Positions 50,401 to 57,189 of a DNA stretch of 64,000 bases are shown piece after piece; position 1 is the first letter of the stretch, and every line of letters starts with the position of its first letter. The position numbers and the translations under genes are program-made. The DNA comes from Candidatus Pacearchaeota archaeon (GTDB lineage Archaea > Nanobdellota > Nanobdellia > Pacearchaeales > GW2011-AR1): positions 2,877 through 66,876 of the forward strand of contig JAGVXD010000001.1 in assembly GCA_018303945.1 (NCBI GenBank). The letters are read 5' to 3'. The notes under the pieces are model-generated. The model did no database searches. It was not told where the DNA came from and saw nothing but the letters and a program-made list of their open reading frames with translations.

Positions 50401-50738
50401 GGTATTCTACCTATTTCGACTTCTGAACTGTCTGTCTGACCTTCGTATTTAACTGTTAATTCAAGAAATACAGGTGCAGAATATGTAAGATTTCTTAATC
50501 TTGCAACTGAAGGTATAACGATACTAGTGCTTCCATCAGCCTCAACGATATTAGGTTTCTCAATTCTTACTCTTCCAAGCCTAATCTCTATTTCTTCATT
50601 GTTTATAGTCTCGTTTATCTCGCTTATAATTTGAGGTATTTTATGACCTATAAAGTCATTAAAAGAAAGTATGTTTGATTCTACAAGTGAATGCTGTTCC
50701 AAGTATTTCTTAATTAATATGTCATGTTTATGCGCCAT
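47487..50738 (-). CDS. rpoB: RNA polymerase subunit B (unsplit Rpo2)
   Basis: GGYFIINGNE, GDKF..HGQKG, GALRLGEME, C-terminal zinc finger. Confidence 0.98.
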   Translation of the reverse strand: MAHKHDILIKKYLEQHSLVESNILSFNDFIGHKIPQIISEINETINNEEIEIRLGRVRIEKPNIVEADGSTSIVIPSVARLRNLTYSAPVFLELTVKYEGQTDSSEVEIGRIPIMVRSAGCTTSGMNRDELRANFMDPLDPGGYFIINGNERVMVMSEDLAANQPFIEEGRLGLTLRLFSQRGAYRIPTTISETGEGIIELSFSRLKNIPLIPIIKALGMTKESDIASAIGFENDGLIVNLYEYAQIQSSEDALLFISEKAGIQGTKKEILDRIKDRIDSFLLPHIGTGKAARSEKAVTLCRLINIYMHAKENKSLRTDKDHYANKRIKLSGDLMSDLFRVNIGILIRDIQYSLQKIAKRKKFYSLKTIAKSTLFTHRIESAIATGSWIGERSGVTQNMDKTNYLAMLSQLQRVSSMLPGEQENFMARTLHPTHYGRFCPTESPEGTEIGLRKNLAILSKISTAVIFDEQTVMKKFEECGLQHEEGIDVFFNGRFIGSVKDPESFAKQVRVQRRVGVFPREMSIRNDNLLNQVTISTEVGRVLRPIIIVENGVSKLKDEHLLLIENNKLKWSDLVKEGIIEYIDAAEEENALVAFNQQNITSENTHLEIHPIDLFGLITSLVPFGNHDQSSRLNRGSKTLKQSLGIYSANYLVRLDTDVSILHYPQKPIVRSFVYDTLEVYPAGQNIVVAIMPFEGFNMEDAVVLNRASVERGMGRSTYFRPYTATELQYAGGLADEIVVPDKDVSGYRTEAAYRFLEDDGVVYPEADMNEGEVIIGKVTPPKFLSEAKDISIQAKKEASSAIRQEERGTVDAVFITADQEGNKIAQVRTRDLRLPEPGDKFSTPHGQKGVVGLIADSEDIPFTSKGIKPDLMFNPHGIPSRMTVGYLIELLAGKSGAISGRIVDGTSFTGSNVKELEQQLREMGFSYDGTEVMYNGISGKKMEAKIYIGNMYYLKLKYMVKNKIHARASGKVALLTRQPIEGRARGGALRLGEMEQQALAGHGASLLLKERYDSDKTIVHICKQCGSLVYEDVIHNKVACPLCNSNESEPIEISYAFKLLYDELLGLGIYTTFELKNKYDRI

Positions 50739-50944
50739 TATGCAACTACCCTGTAATATGTCAAGGTTTTGTCCTCCTCTTTTCTCTCTATTTTGAGTAA
50801 ATCTCCGGGTACACTGCCTTCAGGAACAGCTGGATCCACATGCTTTATTTTTGGCAATTGAGAAACTGAGACATTCATTGAATCGAGCAATGCCTTAATT
50901 TCATCTGGCTTCAATTTTATGTGCTTGGGCTGTAATATGTGCAT
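50738..50944 (-). CDS. rpoH: RNA polymerase subunit H (Rpo5)
   Basis: HILQPKH...QLPKI...DP...GD...YYRVV. Confidence 0.96.
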   Translation of the reverse strand: MHILQPKHIKLKPDEIKALLDSMNVSVSQLPKIKHVDPAVPEGSVPGDLLKIERKEEDKTLTYYRVVA

Positions 50945-51075
50945 AGCGACAGCAAGGAAAATAATCCTGGATTAATAATAAAGTAAGAAAGTGGCTTTTT
51001 AAATGTTTCTAAAAACCTCTGGCAGTTAGCAACAGCTGATTAAGATTTCTTTTCACATTTCTTAATTTCATAAGC

Positions 51076-51101
51076 ATTCAAACTTTATAAGCTTTATAGT
51101 G
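51076..51101. repeat. 26-bp exact direct repeat, copy 1
   Basis: ATTCAAACTTTATAAGCTTTATAGTG; identical to 51996-52021. Confidence 0.85.
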
Positions 51102-51178
51102 GTAAGTGGCTAATTTTTGTCCAATTCCACAGAATTTAAGTTTTTAACGGCTGTCAAGGAGAGCATTTCTTTAATTTT

Positions 51179-51985
51179 CTAAACTGAAGCCCGCCCGTTT
51201 ATTGCATCAATTTGAGTTTTTATTATATGTGCTTGTTCATAATTGTCTTCCGCTATTGCTCCAATCTGTTTGGTAATGAGTTCGGCTATTTTCATATGCT
51301 TTCCAGAATATTTATCATTTGATAAAACATTAACAAGAGCAGATGCCGCATACGAAGTTGAGCGGTTACGTGTAAAATAGATAAGCTCTTTAGATATTCT
51401 GTCAAAAGCTTCCTTCCTCCCACTCTTTTTAGCTTCTAATAATGGAAGAGTGAATTTTTTAAGAACATAATCATAAAGATTGCGGCTTGGAATATTCTCA
51501 TAAGTAATATCATTTTTTACAAAAGGAGCATTTTCTCTAATTAAGTTTTTATCATCTCCCTCATAAAGATTGTCGCAATAACAATTAAAATAAGCCATAA
51601 CGCCTAATTCAAGAGATTTTATACCTGGGCCAACTTTAAAGTATTCTCCAGTAAAGATAACGTCTCCAGGATATTCTTCTATTTCATCTTGAGAATTTAT
51701 AGAAGTATTTATGATCTTAGCCATGATGCTCTTAACGGGCTTTATAATCTTTCCTCTCTCGTATTCAAATATACAACCCACATCAGAATGATGGCATGCT
51801 TCAACTGCTAAAATAGGATCATCTAATTTAGAATTAAGTGCGCAAATTGCAATACTCTTGGCCAAAGAAGGCGATTCATGGGAAACAAGAGACTCAAGCT
51901 CTTCTATATCTCCTATGAATCTTGAATAAATAAGAACCTTTCCTTCAAGATTATCTGGATTGCCGCGCTCTAACCAAAACATCAA
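51179..51985 (-). CDS. Hypothetical protein with C-terminal UVR (UvrB/C)-like motif
   Basis: AIAEDNYEQAHIIKTQI at the C-terminus. Confidence 0.6.
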   Translation of the reverse strand: MMFWLERGNPDNLEGKVLIYSRFIGDIEELESLVSHESPSLAKSIAICALNSKLDDPILAVEACHHSDVGCIFEYERGKIIKPVKSIMAKIINTSINSQDEIEEYPGDVIFTGEYFKVGPGIKSLELGVMAYFNCYCDNLYEGDDKNLIRENAPFVKNDITYENIPSRNLYDYVLKKFTLPLLEAKKSGRKEAFDRISKELIYFTRNRSTSYAASALVNVLSNDKYSGKHMKIAELITKQIGAIAEDNYEQAHIIKTQIDAINGRASV

Positions 51986-51995
51986 AAATATTAAA

Positions 51996-52021
51996 ATTCA
52001 AACTTTATAAGCTTTATAGTG
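51996..52021. repeat. 26-bp exact direct repeat, copy 2 (contains the promoter of ORF 51985)
   Basis: Identical to 51076-51101. Confidence 0.85.
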
Positions 52022-52023
52022 AC

Positions 52024-52116
52024 ACAGAGAATTCTAATAATTTTATCATTCTGCGGCAGAATTCGCTGGAAGGAAAATTCTGTTGATTGCATCATGTTCG
52101 GTACAGAATTCTCTGT
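52024..52116. repeat. 93-bp dispersed element with perfect 12-bp terminal inverted repeats, copy 2
   Basis: ACAGAGAATTCT...AGAATTCTCTGT. Confidence 0.75.
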
Positions 52117-52456
52117 AATCCTTACATTCTTATGCGGGAAGTTATTTTCTTATCGTAAGCAATCATCAGCATAAAATCTGAATTTTTCTCAGTACAAAAA
52201 AATATTATGACTCATAAGCCCTCTAGACCTCTCTGGCATGTTAGCTTTTATATATTTCAGCTTCAACTATAGATTGGATGCAATTTAAAATGCAAATCCT
52301 AAAGTTTTCTTGACCAAAACCCGGCATATAGTTTGAAAAGGAATGCCGAGGGTAATGCTTTCATGAAAGGATTGCCGGGATTAGATAGGGAAACAGGTAG
52401 ATGGTGGCTACCAGTACAATATTATTTTGTAGAATCTTAAAAGATTAGGCAAATCT

Positions 52457-53116
52457 CTATCGCTTCTTTTCCCTTTCTTCAACATTATTGTTGTGAAACT
52501 CGACAATTCTGTCTAGAATCTCTTTTGGAACTATGATTGCTTTTATGTTGGTTAGTTTTTCCAGTTTGTATCCAAGATCAAAAATAGCCCTTTCATTGCC
52601 CAGCCTGAATTGTTCTTCTATTTCATAAAGCATGATATTCCAGTCAAGCATCTTTTTATCGCAAATAAGAATAATATCATGATCATCTTTTTCCCTGTCA
52701 GTGGCACTCTTCATTATGGCTATGTCCGTTGGATGGGCTGCTTTCAGGATAAGATTTTCAAATTCATGTGTTTCGTCAGCTCTTTTCTTCATTTTCTCTG
52801 AAAAATCTGAAGTAATTACTTTATGTAAGAAAAAATCAAATCTGACTTTTTCCCCCTGAAGCATTTTTGGAGTCCCGTCTTTCTTCTCAATATAGGCAAG
52901 TCTATAGTCTAGATCTCTATAACCTAACTTCTTCATTGTCTCTATGAGATATTCCCTATCCTTTTCATTTTCAAGGACGATATCTACATCAAGTGTCGCA
53001 GCCTTTATTCCTCGCAGCATTAAGGCAGTTCCTCCAATTGCATAGGCAGTTATTTTTCTAGTAAGTTCCCTGCCGATAGCAATGAATATATCCTCCTGTT
53101 CTCGTATGTTTATGAT
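52457..53116 (-). CDS. DUF6036/AbiEii-like nucleotidyltransferase toxin (non-ATG start)
   Basis: The frame extends upstream of 53020 to include AIGGTALMLRG..ATLDVD; also MKSATDREKD..D. Confidence 0.75.
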   Translation of the reverse strand: MINIREQEDIFIAIGRELTRKITAYAIGGTALMLRGIKAATLDVDIVLENEKDREYLIETMKKLGYRDLDYRLAYIEKKDGTPKMLQGEKVRFDFFLHKVITSDFSEKMKKRADETHEFENLILKAAHPTDIAIMKSATDREKDDHDIILICDKKMLDWNIMLYEIEEQFRLGNERAIFDLGYKLEKLTNIKAIIVPKEILDRIVEFHNNNVEEREKKR

Positions 53117-53754
53117 TTTGCACCCCTTTTATATTCGCTAAGATCTGATGCATTAAGAGGAATATAAACTTTCCATTTTTTTTCTATGCTCTTAAAATCA
53201 TCAGAAGATAATTTATCTATTATATATTCAAAACTTCCTCTGTCTTTCAAGGCAAGATTGTAAAAGCGAGCAGGCATTTTCCTTAATTTTTTCAGAAATA
53301 GCCTGGCTATATCATAAAGGGCAGCTATTTCACGAACAACTCCTTCTTTTTTTGCAAGGGCATATAAATAGCTCCAATCTTTTATGTGCCGAAATAGCGC
53401 AAGGGCAGCAATAGTATATCTTACATCTCTTTTTTTTAGTGCATATACAAGCACCTCTTCATATTTTATCTTTCTCCCATAAACATAATCTGGGCTCCAC
53501 TCAGCCAATTTTATCGGGGAAACTTCATTTATTGCATCAGTATAGCTTTTCTTTTTGGATTGGTTTCTAAGATAGATATAATAAATCCTCATTTTATTCC
53601 TCCCATAATATGTCTTTACATACCCGAGCTTTCTGAGTCTGTGTATAACATAAATTGCCTTTTCCCTGCTAATGCCAAGCTCCCTGCTGAAGCTATCTAA
53701 TGTCCATCTTCCTTCAATCTTCTGTGCCAGTTTCATATATTTTGTATTTTTCAT
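53110..53754 (-). CDS. wHTH protein, putative AbiEi-like antitoxin
   Basis: N-terminal HTH ELGISREKAIYVIHRLRKLGYV; overlaps the NTase gene start. Confidence 0.7.
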   Translation of the reverse strand: MKNTKYMKLAQKIEGRWTLDSFSRELGISREKAIYVIHRLRKLGYVKTYYGRNKMRIYYIYLRNQSKKKSYTDAINEVSPIKLAEWSPDYVYGRKIKYEEVLVYALKKRDVRYTIAALALFRHIKDWSYLYALAKKEGVVREIAALYDIARLFLKKLRKMPARFYNLALKDRGSFEYIIDKLSSDDFKSIEKKWKVYIPLNASDLSEYKRGAKS

Positions 53755-53904
53755 AATTAAATGTATAGTAACTAATATATAAACTTAACTATTCTAATAA
53801 TTAATTATTAAATGTAAGGCTATTTATATATAAATAAATTCCCTTTTCAAGCATTTTTTATAAGCCTATAGAGTCTTCTCCTCTTTTTGGGATAAAAAGT
53901 GTTA

Positions 53905-53996
53905 TGGCCCCGACGGGATTTGAACCCGCGACACCTGGATTGCTTCAAATTCTGATTTAAAAGTCCAGTACTCTAACCGGGCTGAGCTACGGAGCC
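53905..53996 (-). tRNA. tRNA-Lys(TTT) with 17-nt intron (53941-53957) at position 37/38
   Basis: GGCTCCG/CGGGGCC acceptor stem; CTGGA-CTTTTA|A-TCCAG; relaxed BHB with CTTT:GAAG. Confidence 0.92.
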
Positions 53997-54059
53997 ATAA
54001 ATCTCTGACACAGATACGTTATTTAAACGTTTTTGTAAAGAAGTATTTTCAATATTTTA

Positions 54060-54869
54060 TCATATTTCGCCAATATGCAGTCCAATTTTACTAAGTCTAT
54101 CAACAAGCTCTTCACGCAATTCAGGATAGCCTGCATTAATAATTTTTATACCCTTATGAATTGTCCTTGAATCAAGCAGAATTCTCTTAAGCTCATTTAA
54201 ACCTTTATCAGATTTAAGCATTCGGTGTGCCCATTGAGTTTTATCTTCCAATCTTTCCTGCAGAGATAGATATATTTCTCCCGATATAACTTCTTTTTTC
54301 TGCAAATACTCCCAAGCATCTACGTTTAAAGGCACTGCAGCGTGTCCTCTAATATTTAGGGAATCAACTACTTTAGCTCCATCCTCCAATCTATCAACAA
54401 AAAAGAACACCTCTCTCATATCTCCTCCGTTTTTTCTTATTATAGGCAGCCAATAATTCTCTAAAGAATAGCCTTCATTGTTTAAATCTGCAACATGGGT
54501 TGCAGTTCTGCCAACCAGAGAAGCCCCGACACATTCGCCACTTTTATATATCATGGCGCAAGGTTTTTTCATAAGAGCAGCGACAGGCATAGAAAATATC
54601 AAATCCCTCGTCTCTCCACCAGTTATAATCTCTATCTCGCTATTATTCTCATTTTTTGCTATAGTAATCAAATCCCTCATTAATTTAACAGATTTATCAA
54701 AATCATTGCCTTCTCTCATCACCACAGCGCTCTGCACATAATAGTTGCCTATCTCTCCTGAAGTGTAAGGAAAGAATAGATTAGTAAATTCAAATCCACT
54801 ATTGCGGCATAGAATATCTAGTCCGTTTCTTTGTATTCTCTTTTGATAACTTTCTTCTATATACTGCAT
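54060..54869 (-). CDS. Orotate phosphoribosyltransferase-like protein (PRT fold)
   Basis: FPYTSG...YYV, GGETRD, degenerate PRPP loop HVADLNNEG, FVDRLEDG. Confidence 0.75.
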   Translation of the reverse strand: MQYIEESYQKRIQRNGLDILCRNSGFEFTNLFFPYTSGEIGNYYVQSAVVMREGNDFDKSVKLMRDLITIAKNENNSEIEIITGGETRDLIFSMPVAALMKKPCAMIYKSGECVGASLVGRTATHVADLNNEGYSLENYWLPIIRKNGGDMREVFFFVDRLEDGAKVVDSLNIRGHAAVPLNVDAWEYLQKKEVISGEIYLSLQERLEDKTQWAHRMLKSDKGLNELKRILLDSRTIHKGIKIINAGYPELREELVDRLSKIGLHIGEI

Positions 54870-54937
54870 AATTTACTATCTTCAAAGAAGTTTAAATATT
54901 TATACCAGAAATTTTCATTAATTTTAAGTAATTAATT

Positions 54938-55258
54938 TTATAATTTCTGGGCCGGTTCTTCAATATTGTCCAAAACTACCCGCTTAATAAAAGAGCCCTT
55001 TTCCTGCGCTTTTCTTTCCTTAAGCTCCTGCAAAGAGTGTTTATCAATGTGCTTATAGTCACATATAGCATCTATCACTTCAAGGATATCAGCTAATTCC
55101 TCCTCTTTCTCACTGCTTAAGTATTCATCAACTTCTTCGCTTAGCTTCTCGCGTAAACAATCGGCATATTCATCGTCATCTGAATAATGCACTACCGGCA
55201 GTTTTCCCTCACTGCGTATTAAGTTTGGAATTCTGTCTCTTACTAGCTTCGGATTCAT
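54938..55258 (-). CDS. MazG-like nucleoside triphosphate pyrophosphohydrolase
   Basis: KLVRDRIP...KLSEEVDEY...EELADILEV...KG.F. Confidence 0.92.
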   Translation of the reverse strand: MNPKLVRDRIPNLIRSEGKLPVVHYSDDDEYADCLREKLSEEVDEYLSSEKEEELADILEVIDAICDYKHIDKHSLQELKERKAQEKGSFIKRVVLDNIEEPAQKL

Positions 55259-55392
55259 TGCTTTATTAAGAATATCGACGTTAAATATCTATCGTTTCGT
55301 CGGGTAAAATAAATTTCTTTCTTCTATAATCTGTATTTACTATCAAGTCGTAAAATAGAAAGATTTATAAACCTGACAAAATAATATAATTC

Positions 55393-55827
55393 ATGGCAAG
55401 TTTAGGCGACATAGTAGAGTTTAAAGATGGATTCATACATGGAAATATCCCTGCATATGTAGCTGAAGAGCTTAAGCGAGAAGGTTACGAAATAGCCACA
55501 TCTTATGGGATGAGAGTTTATGCTCCTGAAAAAGACGCTATCGGGATACTAGGTCCCGAAATACAGAGAACTCGTAAATTTCTAGGAATTATCCCAATTT
55601 CTAAATTAGAAAGAGATTATGTAGCAAATTTATACCTTAATAACCCTAGTTTGGAAGCAAAAGAGGACAAAATATGGATTTTAGACGTTTATGGAGATAA
55701 TAACCTTAAAAACCTGCAGAAAATAACAGAAGGTATTGCTACTAGAATAGGAAATATAGGAGTACATACAAGATTAGAAAGCAGAGAACCTAAAAAAGAA
55801 GAGTTCTTTCCAGACGGCTATAATTAA
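55393..55827 (+). CDS. Hypothetical protein
   Basis: 144-aa ORF with its own TATA box. Confidence 0.6.
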   Translation: MASLGDIVEFKDGFIHGNIPAYVAEELKREGYEIATSYGMRVYAPEKDAIGILGPEIQRTRKFLGIIPISKLERDYVANLYLNNPSLEAKEDKIWILDVYGDNNLKNLQKITEGIATRIGNIGVHTRLESREPKKEEFFPDGYN

Positions 55828-56147
55828 AAGCTTTCTTTTATTATCTTCATTAAATTATCTTTGGGCACGGCCCCAACAATTCTTTCAACCATCTCACCAT
55901 CTTTGAAGAAAATTGTAGTGGGTATACTCATTATTTGAAAACGCTCGGCAAGCTCCTGCTCGCTTTCAACATCAACCTTTCCAAATCCAACCTTTCCAGA
56001 AAGCTCTTTTGCGGCTGCTTCAAAGTGAGGAGCCATTATCTTGCAGGGCCCGCACCATTCTGCCCAGAAATCTACAACTGAATTTCCCTTGCGGATAAAA
56101 GAATCAAAATTCTTTGAATCTAAAAATTTGATATTTTCTTTCATCAT
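55824..56147 (-). CDS. trxA: Thioredoxin
   Basis: DFWAEWCGPC and SIPT motifs. Confidence 0.97.
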   Translation of the reverse strand: MMKENIKFLDSKNFDSFIRKGNSVVDFWAEWCGPCKIMAPHFEAAAKELSGKVGFGKVDVESEQELAERFQIMSIPTTIFFKDGEMVERIVGAVPKDNLMKIIKESF

Positions 56148-56247
56148 GTTTTTTCTTAAACATCGCTTATAAACATTATGGAGTACTCTAAAAGAGTATT
56201 ACTTCAAAAATAGATAAGCATTAATACTTAAAAGGATATATTATAAT

Positions 56248-56853
56248 ATGCAGAAAGAAGCTCTCTTGGAGCATCTCAAAGCAAAGGGATTTAACCAGGA
56301 GATAATTGACGGTTTTGAAAAAGTCAACAGGCAGGAATTTGTTCCGGAACATGTAAAAAACTATGCTTATGAAGACATCTCTCTGCCATTGGGCGAAGGA
56401 AGCAAGATATCAAAGCCTTCTGAAATTGCATTTATATTGGAGCATCTTGAACTGAAAAAAGGGCAGAAAATTCTTGAAATTGGATCTGGTTCAGGTTATG
56501 TTCTCGCTCTCATGGCATCTATAATCAAAGAAGGCGAGATTTATGGTTTAGAAATAAATGAATCTCTGGCTATTAAAGCAAAACAGCGTCTGGATAATTT
56601 ACCATGGGTACATATTGTAAGACGCGACGGCTATCGTGGCCTTCCTGAATACGAACCATTCGACCGAATACTGATAAGTGCTTTCGCTCAAGACATAACC
56701 TCAATTTATAATATACTTGACCAGCTGAAAGAAGATGGAATCATGCTCGCTCCTATAAAAGAAAATTTGATTTATTTCAAGAAAAGCAAAGGCAAGATTG
56801 ATAAAAAAGAGTTTAAGGGCTTTAACTTCGTTCCTTTGATAAAAACAGATTAA
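56248..56853 (+). CDS. pcm: Protein-L-isoaspartate O-methyltransferase
   Basis: R.EFVP...AYED..LP...IS.P, ILEIGSGSGY, DGYRGLPEYEPFDRI, FVPL. Confidence 0.92.
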   Translation: MQKEALLEHLKAKGFNQEIIDGFEKVNRQEFVPEHVKNYAYEDISLPLGEGSKISKPSEIAFILEHLELKKGQKILEIGSGSGYVLALMASIIKEGEIYGLEINESLAIKAKQRLDNLPWVHIVRRDGYRGLPEYEPFDRILISAFAQDITSIYNILDQLKEDGIMLAPIKENLIYFKKSKGKIDKKEFKGFNFVPLIKTD

Positions 56854-56932
56854 AAAATCCTTATTGTATTAATTATAAAAGCGTTAAATATATAAGATTG
56901 TCTTTTTTTTAGAGGATATAATCCTGAAATAC

Positions 56933-57136
56933 TTGAAAAAGAAAATGGCTATAGTTCTCAAAAAGAAAGATTATGAAGAATTAAGAAGAAGATTTTTAGT
57001 CTTTGAGAACGAAGATATATTAAATAAGCCCCTTACAGTAGTATATGATGGTGCTAATTTAATTGGTATTCTTGCACCTTACACATTTGAACCTGACTTG
57101 AAGAAATTTGAGAGAAGAAAAAAACCGGGAGTTTAA
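56933..57136 (+). CDS. Small hypothetical protein
   Basis: Short ORF filling the pcm-nrdJ gap; start uncertain. Confidence 0.4.
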   Translation: MKKKMAIVLKKKDYEELRRRFLVFENEDILNKPLTVVYDGANLIGILAPYTFEPDLKKFERRKKPGV

Positions 57137-57189
57137 AGAGATATGGATAACTGCCTCTTAGTGAGCTATAAATATGCAGTTCTCTGTAA

